Assembly (NCBI GenBank): GCA_951406725.2
Contig: OX597821.1
Location: 70,618,001-70,682,000 of the forward strand
Length of the DNA stretch: 64,000 nt
From: Octopus vulgaris
Lineage: Eukaryota
Reading direction: 5' to 3'
Part shown: piece by piece, positions 27,713-42,723 of the stretch
Numbering within the stretch: position 1 is the first letter of the stretch
Layout of the letters: each line of letters opens with the position of its first letter
Position numbers and translations under genes: made by a program
The notes under the pieces: generated by a model
Told to the model about the DNA's origin: nothing
What the model saw: only the letters and a program-made list of their open reading frames with translations
The model's database searches: none

Positions 27713-29319
27713 AGGAGGGGGAGAGAGAGGGGAGGAAGAGAGATAGTTAGGCAGACATATAGACAGAAACAGACACATTTAGATTGACAGAGACAAACAG
27801 ACAGACAGACAGACACATACATACATCCTTACTCTTGATAAATTAAGGGATGAAACCTAGAAAAACAAACGAACGTATCTGACAAACAAAAAAATCATTC
27901 TTTCAACTAAATTGAATCTTAGATTTATTTTCAGCCAAAATCACTGCTGCTCAGTCAGTGAGTTTGTTTATAGACTAATCGATCAATTGACATTTGGAAT
28001 AGATCATCCAGCATTGGAGACTGGAGAAAATTACCTCCCACCCAGAGGCCATGAATAGATTCGTTTTTGCTTTTTCATCATAAATATTTAGCTTTGGTCT
28101 AATATTATGAATGTGGAGAAGAGAAAAACAGAGATTTGGCGTTCATGCCTGTCTAAAATGCATCAACGAAGTAAGTGGAATAAACAGGGAGTTGTTCCAA
28201 TTGCGCCCAGGATTTACATTATCCAAAGCAGCCTTCGTTGGCAGTAAGTATTGAGTTGTAGTTTTCATGTCTACGGGGTTTTATGTGTGTGTATTTATGA
28301 ACATCTTATTTTTTATCAAAACTTTTAAAAAAAAAAGATAACGATTTCCTTTTCATAACCCTTTTCAAAATTATACCACGACCGATTTGGTGTCGGAACC
28401 CCTACATTGCAAACTGCCGAGATAAAAAGGACAACTTGTTTGATAAACAACGAATGCATCTGTTCGACTGGATGCTGATATCGGATGCCTGGGAATCTCA
28501 AGAAGCCCTCACAAAGTGGACATTGGTAACAACTGAACCTTCTGTACAAATGAGCCTGGCCCTATCAGGATAAGTAAAGGGTTGATGTGCCAATCCCGTA
28601 AGATATTCCTTGAAGAGCGATGAGGTGGGTATTACACTACCGAATCGATATACAGATTCATGAACAGCCATCTAAAATTTCAAAAATAGGTTTAGAAATA
28701 AGTTTAGAAAATCTAAACCTATTTCTGTGAGAGATTAACCATTTTGACCATCACGCCTTCCTTACTTCTTACCCACTTTATATCGAACCTCAAACACTGT
28801 ATTTTAGACTGACCTTTGTTTCCGCTCTAAAAGCTGCCCGATATGGTCACATTTCTTTAGGCGCTAGATTGCAAGGCCACTGACCTGTCCTGGTTAACCT
28901 AAACTTCTTGTATACCCTTACATGCCTCTTTTGCCTTCCTCATGTGGCTTAGTGTTAGCGTTTTATAAACATGACATTGAGTAGGAACACGGCAAAATGT
29001 GGCAATCAATCGGTACCGACAGTTAGTGCTCAGAGCGGAGCAGGCACCTGAAATTCAACGTCGAACGAATCCAAGCAAAGAAGAGTTGGTTCTAGGTAGC
29101 GTACCGGTCAAACTAAAGAAAGTCTGATAAAATAAATGAGATGAACAAGCGGTTGTGAATGGCGTCAAAACAGTTATGAAATACTGAAGAGATTCAATCC
29201 CATCAACATTTTACATTGTATCAAAAGTAAAGATTATGTCTATGCGGCCCTTTCAAAATCGTACAACGAATGTAGATTCTCATGATCTATGATAATGATT
29301 GCAAACGCTACCCTAGAGT

Positions 29320-29763
29320 TTTCGACCGTGTGTGTCGCCGTACTTCCGCGCAGCCGCGTCGCCGTACGCTCTGCGTCGCGCCGCCAAGCGCCGGAACACT
29401 TCTTCACGCGAAGCGGCGGACCGGTACGGGGCTGTAACGTTGGCGTCGGACTCGGCATCCCGGGCGCCTTTCCCTCTCCGCGCGCGGGTCGAGGCGTGCG
29501 GCGGCTTCACGCCCTTCGATTTTGGTGACTTTGGATAACTGTCAGTACGATAGCACGGGCTAGTATCGAACAGCCTTCGCACGACGGGTCCCCCGCGAGT
29601 CCGCCCTATCAACTGTCGACAGCTCGGCAAATGCAGACCGTGGTGGCAACGGGTAACGGGGAATCAGGTTTCGATTCTAGAGAAGGAGCATGCGAAACGG
29701 CTACCACATCCAAGGAAGGCAGCAAGCGCGCAAATTACCCACTCCCTGCACGGAGAAGTAGTG
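29320..29763 (+). pseudogene. Dispersed 18S rRNA gene fragment (5' domain, V2 region to about V3), pseudogene
   Basis: Conserved SSU blocks TTTGGTGACT..GGATAAC, GCCCTATCAACTGTCGA, ACGGGTAACGGGGAATCAGG and GAAACGGCTACCACATCCAAGGAAGGCAGCA.GCGCGCAAATTACCCACT. There are substitutions in invariant positions (CCGG to CTAG), an abrupt end at 29763, and no ITS, 5.8S or 28S nearby. Confidence 0.92.
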
Positions 29764-31917
29764 CCATATCCCTCTGGACATATACTTTTCACACTAAAAA
29801 TTAGGGAACCAATGTGGGCAGAAGCAGTAAGACTGAACGCAACCACGGACAGAGCGCCCGATTTGGAATTTCGCAGATACATGGTAGTTATTTTCATCGT
29901 TGAACAAATGCTGTTGAATAATGCAGCGATCCAGTCTCTGAATAACACTGAATTATTAAGATAAAACCTCACTCCCATTAGCACGGTGTGAGTCAGCAAT
30001 GAGACAGAAAGTTGATATTGTAATTTCTCCGTCCACCGACCTTCCATCCCTCCCTGCTTTGCTCATCCCCGCTCCCCCCATTCCTGTTTCTCACAGAACA
30101 TGTCCTCTCTTTAGCTTCCTCCTGCTATCCTACCACAGCCACCATCACTGGCAGAGTCAACACTTCTCTCTACCATAACTAACTAACTACCCTGTACAAA
30201 TAATGTTGAATAATGATATAAGCGGCTAATTGCAAGCTCTGGAAATTTACAGTCGGTTTGGAGATCAAAAGACAATTTCTTAATGCTCAGACTTGCAAAC
30301 ATTTCACTGCTTGAGTTTCATGTTTTTAGTAAACCTTGGCAGCTTTTCCGCTGATCAATTCCACATTGTCAGAGAGAGGAGGGGAGATGGGGGAAGGAGA
30401 GAGCGAGCAAAGACAGAGAAGAGGAAGGATGATGAAGAAGCAAGAAGAAGGCAAGAAGATTATGGGAAAGAAGAGTAGGAAGATATATAGAGTTGCTAAA
30501 TGGATGGATGGATGGATGGATGGAGCTGAGGCGGTGAAATGATGACGATAGTTATTGTTGCAATTGTTGTTGGGTGATGGTGGTGGTGGTGGTGGTGGTG
30601 GTGGGAGGTGGAGAAGAAAGAGGAGGAGCAATTTGCAGCTAATTTTGAACCTTTCTCATGAAACCTTCATTTTGTGTTAGGGATGGGGAGGCGAGTAAAA
30701 GGGGTTATGAAGTGAATAGGGGTGTGTCAGGGTGTGTGTGTGTGTGCGTGAACATGTATATATGTGTGTATGTGTGAATAAATCCACGTGTGTGTGTGTG
30801 TGTATGAATGTATGTATAAGTGTATGTATGAAACTGTGAGGGAAAGCTGTACCAAAACGAAGACGAACTGAACTTACAGAGCGATGACACACACACACAC
30901 GTGGTTATATATATGTGTATATGTATGTGCGTGAGTGTGTATGAATGTATGTAGATAGATAGATAGATAGATAGATCGATAGATAGATAGATAGATAGAT
31001 GGATAGATAGATAGATAGATAGATAGACAGACAAACAAATACACACACACATACTAATACTATTAAGGCGAAGGTGGAAATATGTAAGGGAAAGTATGGT
31101 ATGCGTGTACGTACGTACGTGGTTCTGTGTGTGTATGTATTGTGAATGTGAGAGAGGGAGAGGGAGAGAGAGAGTGTGTGTGTGCGTGTGCGTGCGCGCA
31201 TGTGCAAGTGGTTAATGTGTTAAGATGTCTGTGTGTTTTTGTGTGCGTCAGTGCGCATGTGCGTGTGTGTGTGCGTTAGGAGAAGGGGAAGCGTTCGTGA
31301 TTGCTGCCAAGCGTGAATCTCTTAACAGTGTTGTGTGAAAATTTCGGCATCATTTCCACATGAGTGGAGATGTGAAGATAAACAATTTTGGCACACTTTA
31401 AATGAGTTATTACCGAAATGCTTCGTGTAAAGACAAGTTGCCATAGAGACTGTGCGAAGTTCCGAGAAAGAAAATCCAGTTAGAAAAGATTATTGAAGCT
31501 ATTTGCAGCTAGATTCTGTTCGATTAGTTATCGAAACAGTGAAGCGATGTTATTGGGGGAATGGCGCACAAAATGAACTTTCAACTCTTACTGCGTGCGT
31601 GGCTCTGTGTGCGAATGTGTGTGTGTGTGCGAATGTATGTGTGTGTGTGTGTGTGTGCGAATGTGTGTGTGTGCGCGCACGCACAGGTGTGTGTGGTGGG
31701 GGTATGTCAGTATTTGTGTGTGAGCGATATTTTTTTTCATTCGTCGTTCGAACAACCGCTAATTTTCCTTATACACGCAGGCACACCTACTTTCATTTCT
31801 CTCTCTCTCTCTCTGTCTCTCTCTCTCTCACACACAAACACGCGCGCGCGCAGCAGAATTTGGGGAAAAAGAGAGACGGACAGACAGACTGAAAGAGAGG
31901 GAAAGGAATGGAAACAA

Positions 31918-31964
<47 letters not shown>

Positions 31965-32489
31965 TACCTGTACTTTCAAGATGGAATTTGTCACGTGATC
32001 GATCAAAGACTATCTGAAATATCCTTCAAATGAAATCTAAGTATCAATAATTAAAGTATGTGTATCGTTGACAGGTAAGATGTTGCGGATTTGGTCCAAG
32101 ATAAAATCTCTAACAGTCACGCTGTAGTTAAATACACAATACGTTTCGGAGAGAGACGAAAAACTACCCAAGCAGAGGCCAGAGGGAACGCCAAGTGTAT
32201 TTCGGCTTTCTTGAGCCTTGTCAGTGACCTGTACTCGCTGCCAACCAACTCGCTTCTGATATAGGAAACTATTCACTGACATTGCAAATAACCGCTAGGC
32301 TGAGAAAAAATTTCGGTATGCGCATTTGAGAGAATATTTAATTAAACCAATATTATCATATTTAACGTATCTACACCGTATGACAGGCAAAACACGGTGA
32401 TTTTCGTCCGAGTTAAAATCTCTTATAGATATGCTGTGTTAAACAAAAATATATTCCTCACTTGGAATTCCTTCATTCCAAACCGGTTA

Positions 32490-33011
32490 CCGTAAATCTT
32501 CGAGTATAGTCCGCCCTTGAGTATAACACGCAGGAGATTTTAGGGAGCTGTACCTCTGAAAAATCTAAACCTTGTGCATAACACGCACCCCTTCTCTAAC
32601 TTGAGTCGTGCGTAATTAAGCCAGCAGCACCTAGTCGAACAAGCACTTCCGCGCATGCGTAATACAATAATGGTGATGTTCTTAACTGTTATATGGGAAT
32701 ATAAATATGTTTGCAAATTGTTTTTGTTACATGTTATTCTGTGTTCTGAATACTTTTATTTTAATAAATGTTGCTTACTGTAAGTTATGGATGATTCTTT
32801 TATGACTTCATTGCTTTCAGGCTTAGCTTAAGGCATTTTCACGCCCGACATCACAAAATGCGTCTGAATAAACATTGCCGGACAGCAAATAGAGACTCGG
32901 ACATTGCTTAGAAATTGTTTTTCATTTTTAACCTAGTATATAGTACGCACTAGGGATTTTGGCCTTTAGATTTGGTGGGGAGGGATGCGGATTATACTCG
33001 AGGATTTACGG
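32490..33011. mobile_element. Tc2/pogo-like MITE (Tc1/mariner superfamily)
   Basis: TIRs CCGTAAATCTTCGAGTATAGTCCGC and (revcomp) CCGTAAATCCTCGAGTATAATCCGC, TA on both flanks, subterminal TATAACACGCA-type repeats. Confidence 0.88.
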
Positions 33012-33172
33012 TAAGTTACTTCTTTCTTCTAGTAAAACGATACCCTCAACTTGTTTCATTTTCTTTTCAATGTGACATCCGAGACCCAAACCGTTTCTTC
33101 ATTTACTTCGACCATTTCCTGGAAATCCACATTTCCATATCATTATTACGCCATTGCAATAAAGACTAGATC

Positions 33173-33542
33173 TATCATGTGCTTAAGGAGTTCGCATTGC
33201 GACTACATGGTTTCCGGTTCAGTCCCACCGCGCGACACCTTCGGCAAATGTCTTCTCCTTTAACCTGAACCGACAAATGCATTGTGAATTAATATGATAG
33301 ACGGAAACTGTGCGGAAGCCCATCTTGTGTGTGTGTGTGTGTGTGTGCGTGCGTGTGTGTTCTTGTCCCTGCACCGCTTGACCACTGGTGTTGGCTTGGT
33401 TTCTGTACTGACAACTTAGCGGTTCAGATAAAGTGCCCGATAGAATAAACACCAGCCTTAAACGAAAAATAAGAACTGGGTCGGTTGATTCGACAAAATC
33501 CTACAAAGCAGTGTCCCAGCATCGCTGCAGTCCAATGACTCC
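33173..33542 (+). mobile_element. SINE family A
   Basis: GGTTCAGTCCCACCGCGCGACACCTTCGGCAAATG ... GCAGTGTCCCAGCATCGCTGCAGTCCAATGAC. Confidence 0.85.
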
Positions 33543-33601
33543 ATGTGTGCACGTGTGCGTGTGTGTGTGTGTGTGCGTGTGCATGTGTGTGTATGTGTGT
33601 G

Positions 33602-33646
<45 letters not shown>

Positions 33647-33909
33647 GATTTAAATAAGCAGAAAATGCTTATTTAAATTTGATTCCTGATAAACTTTTGT
33701 TTATTCTGTTGTTACCTGGACCCAATGAGCATAGAGTGCCTGCAGACCCATGCCCAGGGTTAACATAGGTAATTGATACCAGTAGTAAGAACGGATTTTC
33801 TTATCCCTTAGACAGTTATTCCAGTCGCTAACCCGTCTTCCCTATATATATATAAATGCATATGCGTGTGTGGGGATGTGTATATGTGTTTATGTGTGCG
33901 TGGTTTTTA

Positions 33910-33990
33910 ACAGGTGAAAAATACATTTCAAATCATAAATAACATGCGGTGCCCCAGCATGGCCACAGCTCGTGAGCTGAAACTAGAATC
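33910..33990 (+). mobile_element. Isolated 3' terminus of the CR1-like LINE (extreme 5' truncation)
   Basis: GCGGTGCCCCAGCATGGCCACAGCTCGTGAGCTGAAACTAGA is nearly identical to the revcomp of 10032-10074. Confidence 0.8.
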
Positions 33991-34259
33991 AATTAATCAA
34001 TCAAACTGAAAAAGAGTATATATGGATATTAGTTTCAAATTCCAGCAAGTCGTTTTTTGCTTTGTTTTAAGACAGTAAATTATAATGGGAACCTGAAGAC
34101 ATTTGTCTGAAAAGAGATAGAATTTCTTCAAATTTCAAAAACGATGAACAAAAGATGGAGAGGAAGAATCGAGACAAAAAAAAAACCCTATTAGTTTGGA
34201 AATAATAGATTTCTAAATCTCTCAGAGAGATTTATAGAGTAGTAACACGATAAAGTGGC

Positions 34260-34391
34260 GGTATGTTGTCAACTTAATGTGAAGGACACAGGAAATGTGT
34301 CAAGGTCGACAGGAAGCGGTGCTTCCTAGGGCTAAATAGCAGTAGTATTCTTCCCTTTCATGGGACTGTCACATTAAGTTGACAACATACC
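34260..34391 (+). repeat. Short element bounded by a perfect 23-bp inverted repeat, homologous to the arms of the 59.6-60.0 kb palindrome
   Basis: GGTATGTTGTCAACTTAATGTGA / TCACATTAAGTTGACAACATACC. Internal AAGGACACAGG..ATGTGTCAA and GCTTCCTAGGGCTA are shared with 59901-59961. Confidence 0.75.
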
Positions 34392-34398
34392 ACTACTA

Positions 34399-35285
34399 TT
34401 AGGTTGTCATAGAAATTCGTTTTTCTAATGTTATTGAAATTAATACAACGGATGTATTTATCGTAGTGTTTCGCAGTTTTTGTTGTTTACTTTTTGTTTC
34501 TATTCTTTTCTCTACAATTTTTGTTCATCGTTTTTGAAATTTGAAGAAATTCTAACTCTTTTCAGACGAATATCTTCACTTCCAATCAAGGTTCTTAAAC
34601 TACCAAAGCTTCTTTAAATATTTGTGCTGTGGAGGGGAAAAGCGCTGTTAGTGAAAGGATTGCACAGAAATGGTTTTCCTGTTGAAAAAGAGGGGAAATT
34701 CGACCTCGCACACTTTTCGAGTTCCGGTTGACCTGTTCACTTCAATGAGGATTGATTGAACGGGCTCGTCCACGAGGTTCCGCACCACTGCACTCAGGAA
34801 TATCGCCCAACAGATGGAATCCTCTCATGATACCATGACCTTTCACCTTCACGCGATGTATAAAACCCAAACAACACGACCGGCAACACTGCTTGCTTCT
34901 TCATCATGACATTGCTTGTCTCCACGTCAATGCGACCAAAAATGCTTCATGAGACCAAAAATGTTATTCAAGAGCTCGGCTAAGAAGTCTTATCGCACCC
35001 ACTGTATATTTCTGATATAGCATCTTCAGTTCATCGACTTTTTTTGCTCGCCCTCCATCAGATTGTGAGGCGTTTCGTTTAACAACGACGTGGGACAGAA
35101 AACGTAGTTGAGTGAAATCTTCGAGTCAAGATCTGATGATTTCGACAAGGTTAATGGAACGTTGGCAAGATCTCGGGAACAATGAAGAAGTTATCGACTG
35201 ACTTGTTTGAATTGTCGATGACATATAAAGATTAAAATAAAGGGAAAAAAAATAATAAAACGCTGAAACTTATGTGACAAGGCAA
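34399..35285 (+). mobile_element. Old degenerate mariner element; an inverted fragment of its 5' part lies at about 34096-34190
   Basis: Remnants ICAVEGKSAVSERIAQKWF and SHPLYISDIASSVHRLF (degenerate HPPYSPDLAPSD); weak TIRs TTAGGTTGTCA / (revcomp) TTGCCTTGTCA. Confidence 0.7.
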
Positions 35286-35349
35286 TATTTTGAGAGACGC
35301 GAGAGGAAGTATAAATTAGCAGAAAAGGGAGTCAGCCAAAATGTTTGTG

Positions 35350-35870
35350 TTGTTTCATTACGTTGTTTCAAATTTCAAGTTCAAATCTAAGCGCGATCCA
35401 TTTTGTCTCTCATTACTGCGAGGTTTATCAAATAAAAATAAAAATTATCAATCAAGCATATAGAGATTGTAAGATCAAATGTCTCTGATCCTTTCGTTCC
35501 TCACCCCAGAGGCGGATGGAGATAAAATAAGGAGCAATCTTGTACTGGCGAAAATTCTATCGTAAGCTAAAAGAATTGGGTGCTGGGGCATGGGGAACAC
35601 ATCTTCAGACAAGAGTGACCCTATTAGTGAGCTAGTTGTGGACATGGTGCTTACAAAGGATCTTTTACATCCTGCTAGAAATAGTAGCCACCTCTCGCTC
35701 AAATTACACACACTTCTTTCTGTCATTAAAAAAAAAAAAGAGCACATTGGATAATGTTTCCCCTGGATTCACAAGTGAAAATGACAAGATGGTCATAGTT
35801 GGAATTTGATGATTTGTTTGATCCGAGGTCTGATGGATCAAGGGTGACCTAGGGTTGAACAACAACAGGA
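35350..35870 (+). mobile_element. SINE-like family C (GCTAGAAATAGCAGCC domain, (AAC)n tail)
   Basis: B-box-like AGTTCAAATC head, CCTGCTAGAAATAGTAGCC and GGTGACCTAGGGTTGAACAACAAC tail. Related 3' parts occur at 13915 and 47.6-50.6 kb. Confidence 0.6.
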
Positions 35871-36255
35871 ATAACAATTCACCTTAAAACTCACCGTCAA
35901 CGGAACAGGCCTCAGTAATCGCCAGGCTGCACTTACGCCCACCCCGAAGTCTAAACTTCTCCTTTCACATTTAATACGCGTATTTTGATTGGAGGAATTT
36001 TATGTCTATTGTCGTCGTCCATCTTTACAAGCAACCACGATCCTCGGTATTAAAACTACCATCCACCCTGACCACTTTCAAAACCGACAACGATTTCACA
36101 TACGCGCTCGCACATACACACGCACACACACACACACACACACATACACACGCACACAAGTACATCCGCACGGCACAACATCGAGCGTTCCCTCAAACAG
36201 TTTTTCCCTCTCATTCCTACATCTAACTCTATATTATATATGTGTGTGTGTGTGT

Positions 36256-36311
<56 letters not shown>

Positions 36312-36373
36312 AGAGATGTGATCGTGTTTGTATGTTCGTATGTATACAAACATACATTTATGTTTATATATAC

Positions 36374-36408
<35 letters not shown>

Positions 36409-36512
36409 CGTGACCGACCAGACTATCAGATGTTGCTACACATCGCTGGTCACAATGAACTTCGCATTGTTTTAGCCTTCAAATGATGCCACCCCGCTGG
36501 CTAAGCGAGCTG

Positions 36513-38722
<2,210 letters not shown>

Positions 38723-38724
<2 letters not shown>

Positions 38725-39090
38725 CGCAAGAGTGGCTGTGTGGTAAGTAGCTTGCTAACCAGCCACATGGTTCCGGGTTCAGTCCCACTGCGTGGCATCT
38801 TGGGCAAGTGTCTTCTGCTATAGCCCCGGGCCTTGTGAGTGGATTTGGTAGACGGAAACTGAAAGAAGCCTGTCGTATATATGTATATATTTATATATAT
38901 ATATATATATGTATGTCTGTGTTTGTCCCCCTAGCATTGCTTGACAACCAATGCTGGTGTGTAACTTAGCGGTTCGGCAAAAGCGACCGACAGAATAAGT
39001 ACTGGGCATACAAAGAATAAGTCCCGGGGTCGATTTGCTCGACTAAAGGCGGTGCTCCAGCATGGCCGCAGTCAAATGACTGAAACAAGT
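38723..39090 (+). mobile_element. SINE family A, best-preserved full-length copy
   Basis: Pol III A-box TGGCTGTGTGG (38733-43), B-box GGTTCAGTCCC (38776-86), CORE-like CTTGGGCAAGTG and LINE-like tail GGCGGTGCTCCAGCATGGCCGCAGTCAAATGACTGAAACAAG. Confidence 0.92.
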
Positions 39091-39101
39091 GTATATACAT
39101 T

Positions 39102-39158
<57 letters not shown>

Positions 39159-39549
39159 GTATATATATATACATGCATACATACACACACATACACACAT
39201 ACACATACACACGCTCACACACAAATGTACAAACACACACACGCAGGCGCACACACATATTTATGTGTGGGTGTTAATGTGTGTTTATGTCTGTGGACAT
39301 GAAAAGAAACGAACGCAAGGAGGCAGCTCTGCGCACGCGTGCACACACGCGCACACGTTCACATAGCCATGCAGCATTTCTTGCCCCTTTCACCAACCTC
39401 AGCCCATAACACAAGGCGCCCAATCAAACGCTACATCTCTACGACACCGGCTCCCTCTCTCTCTCTCTACTTACCTCTTTCTCTCCCCTCCTTCTTTCCC
39501 TCTACTTAACTCGCCTGTGACACGGTTCGTTTAGAAATCACACGCTTCA

Positions 39550-39658
39550 CTGATTCGCTCTATCCATAGACAATGTTCTCAATGGCAGATGTCGCTTGAA
39601 GGCAAAACCAGCAAACCGTCCGATAAGCCTGTACACGTATGCAAGCATTTACTCTCTC

Positions 39659-39698
<40 letters not shown>

Positions 39699-39824
39699 CC
39701 TGATTCGCTCTATCCATAGACAATGTTCTCAATGGCAGATGTCGCTTGAAGGCAAAACCAGCAAACCGTCCGATAAGCCTGTACACGTATGCAAGCATTT
39801 ATTCTCTCTCTCTCTCTCTGTCTG

Positions 39825-39840
<16 letters not shown>
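39550..39840. repeat. Tandem duplication, period 150 bp (about 100 bp unique + (CT)n)
   Basis: CTGATTCGCTCTATCCATAGACAATG...GCAAGCATTTA is identical at 39550 and 39700. Confidence 0.95.
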
Positions 39841-39857
<17 letters not shown>

Positions 39858-40403
39858 AACACACACACGCACGAATGCATACGTGTGAGCGCGTGTGTAT
39901 ATTTATGTGTGCATTTCAATTTGCCGAGGCGTATACATACATGCGTGTGTATATGTATATACATACGTGATTAAATTTACGCATATATGTCAACGATTCA
40001 TTGAGTTTGATGTTATATGAGTATTTGTGTCTATGGATCTTTTCTTTTTGAAAGCCAGATTTTCCTAGTAAACTAAACAATTTGAAACTTCGTATACTGG
40101 TAGAATGTGTCAAAAGAAAACATAATTGTAAACCAAAATGAAAACGGAATTGTAATTTCTAAGTTTAACGTTGTTTAAAAATTCGAATTTTAACCAATGA
40201 TATTCTTTCTTTCGGCCTCATATTATTTACTGCTTCTCAAAATATTATTACTGTGACGTAAACAGCTATTTTGTGACGTAGTTAACGTAAACATGTAAAT
40301 AGCTAACTAAAATGTAAACATCTCCGCTTATCATAAACTTCGTGGAGTATATATAAAATTTGTGTAGATTCTAAATAGCTACACACACATGTAGACAAAC
40401 ATA

Positions 40404-40452
<49 letters not shown>

Positions 40453-40549
40453 CTATTTTTGAAACAAACACATTGCCTCTTTCGTTTTAAAACAATAAAA
40501 CAATACTACCTTAATACATTGGTCCAACAAGCAAAACATCACCCACTCT

Positions 40550-40670
40550 CATTCTTTTATGTATCTGAGAATGTGTGCCTGTCTGTCTGTGTGTTTCCCT
40601 AAAACTTGAGAACTACACAACCAATTTCATTCAAATTTTACACATGACTTACTTAGGGTATAAGGAGTGT
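40550..40670 (+). mobile_element. Helitron-like 5' fragment abutting the PLE
   Basis: CTGTCTGTCTGT repeats then CAACCAATTTCATTCAAATTTTACACA, similar to the 5' part of the 1953-2320 element. Confidence 0.5.
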
Positions 40671-40724
40671 GTTGAGCTGGGCTCTGGGCGCCATTGGGCT
40701 CACTGTCCACGGCTACGAGACTAC

Positions 40725-41594
40725 AGTTATCCTTAGGAACTTAGTCGGCAATGTAGGTAGAAGAATATCTTCAATTTCTTCGGACGAGGCAGCATTCCAT
40801 AATGCTGCACCTTATTACGATAGCGCATTAAAGAATAGTGGATTCTCTGAGAAGATCCAGTTCAACCAGCTTAATGCTGATAATAATACTGCACGAAGAA
40901 CTAGGACCAGGAAAATTTTGTGGTTCAACCCGGCTTTCAATTTGGCCGTAAGACTAATATAGGTAAGGAATTTTTGAGATTAGTCTCTAAGCATTTTAAG
41001 CAGGGTCATAAATTCTATAGGATATTTAATAGAAGAACCCTGAAGGTTAGCTATTCTTGTTGCAGAAATTTCGCCTCTTACATTAGCCAACATAATAGGA
41101 AGCTAATTGAGATTAGACATGGTGCCGAGCCCATTAAGAAATGTAATTTCAAAAACGAAAGCTCCTGTCCGTTAGAAGGGAAATGTCTAGTGAAAGGAGT
41201 AGTTTATAGAGCCAAGGTGCAAGTGGAAGGCTCATCGGAATACAAGACATACACAGGGGCTTCAGAAAATTCATTTAAAACAAGATTTTATTCTCATAAA
41301 AATTCATTTAAATACCCAGAGAATAGGAAGAAAACCAGCCTAGCAAAATATGTCTGGGAACTAAAAGAAAAGGAAGCCCCACCTTTCAACGTGACATGGA
41401 GCATTCTGGACAGGGCGGCACCATACAGGCATGGATCATACAAAAATAATTTCAAGTGCAAGCTTTGTCTATTAGAAAAAATGTACATCTTATTCAAAGA
41501 CAATAATTCTTTGAATCAAAGAAGTGAGCTAATGAACTTATGTAGGCACGCGGCTAAATTTAAAATGTCGAATATAAATATACCATATGGATAG
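40725..41594 (+). pseudogene. Penelope-like element ORF, 3' part: RT thumb/linker + C-terminal GIY-YIG endonuclease (one frameshift near 40945)
   Basis: Joined frames give RRISSISSDE..F..AAPYY..AL..SG, RKILWFNP, KTNIGKEFL, IFNRRTLKVSYSC, CPLEGKC, GVVY...KTYTG, FKTRFYSH, CKLCLLEK and LNQRSELMNLCRH. The RT catalytic core is absent. Confidence 0.9.
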
Positions 41595-42662
41595 AGTATA
41601 TATTTTGTATTTTTGATTTTGATTTTGACTCTTGAACGATGAGCGCTACGTTGGATTTTGTTTTCAAGCTATGCGGATCTTAATCCGTATAGCAAAGTCT
41701 TATGTTTCTACATATATATTAGGAAAGACCTCCAACTTTGTTTTCATGTTATTGTATTGTATAGGATTACCTTGATTATTTATATTACCTTGATTATTTA
41801 TAAATGACCCAAAATAGGATGTTATATTTTATTTTATAAGTCTTTCGTATATATATATTTTTATTAATGCACCCATTTTTAAAAAGCAATGTTTTTTTTA
41901 AAAAAAAGCAATGTTGTCAAAATTAGAATGTTGATATAAGTATGTGTATAGCAAAGCATATGTATTTGTAAGCATGCGTATCTGTGTATGTGTAAGTGAA
42001 AGTATGTTAGTGCTTAAGCACACATATACACGACTGTATGTATATGTATCCATCCGAACTTGTGTATGTATACTTGTCTCCATATATGCCAATAATGCCG
42101 TTACACTGCTTGTATACATAATTTTTTCTTATTTCGTTTTTTTCCCCACCCCTCCTTCGTTCCTTTTTCTCTCTCTCCCTTTCTTTCGTTCCCCCCCTTA
42201 CTCAGTATATGAGAATCGCTACATACATGATTTTTAGCTTGCGTGCGAGATGGTTTGCGTGAATATATGTACACGTGCATTTATGTGTATATTTAGATTT
42301 ATATTCATACGTCTGTATATGTATGGCGTTTACGCGCATCCTTTTGTGTATGTTGATATATATATGTAGATTTTAATATAAATATGTATTGCAGTGTAAT
42401 ATTTATAACAGGTTTAATTTCTATGCATTAATTTGCACTTTCTTCATTAACGTCAATATGTATTTTATTCAATGTAAGGTTTTTTCCTCGGATTTTATAA
42501 TTTTTATAAGTTTTTTTATATATATATACATATATTTTTGACCATTTTGTTTATCGCTCGAAGATTGACCGTTTTTTTCTAAAGGGCCAATCAAACAAGT
42601 CCATTTCTTTTTAAAGGTGTAGCGTTTGTAAGAGTATAGATTGAATTAATATATATGTTCCA

Positions 42663-42723
42663 TTCTAGCAAAAACTGTCTGATGAACGGCAACGAGAAAC
42701 TCAGAGTAACAGATTTTGTTGAA
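42663..42723 (+). ncRNA. Minimal type I hammerhead ribozyme (family H2)
   Basis: Stem I CAAAAACUGU/ACAGAUUUUG, core CUGAUGA (42679-85), stem II A-CG(GCAA)CG-A, GAAA (42696-99), self-complementary stem III ACUC-A-GAGU, predicted cleavage after GUA (42708). Confidence 0.8.

Noticed and set aside
28615-28655. Hammerhead-like GCGAUGA-GGUGG(..)CUACC-GAAU
   Set aside because: Stem II is good, but C3, U4 and A15 deviate and no stem I forms.
29240-29630. GC-rich ORFs or CpG-island promoter
   Set aside because: Explained by the 18S rRNA-derived fragment.
38723-38800. tRNA gene
   Set aside because: The A and B boxes belong to a SINE head; there is no full cloverleaf and the sequence continues into the SINE body. 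The same applies to the other SINE heads.
40920-42660. Selenoprotein-encoding PLE (Naiad type) with SECIS
   Set aside because: The endonuclease is C-terminal and no in-frame UGA occurs in the endonuclease frame.
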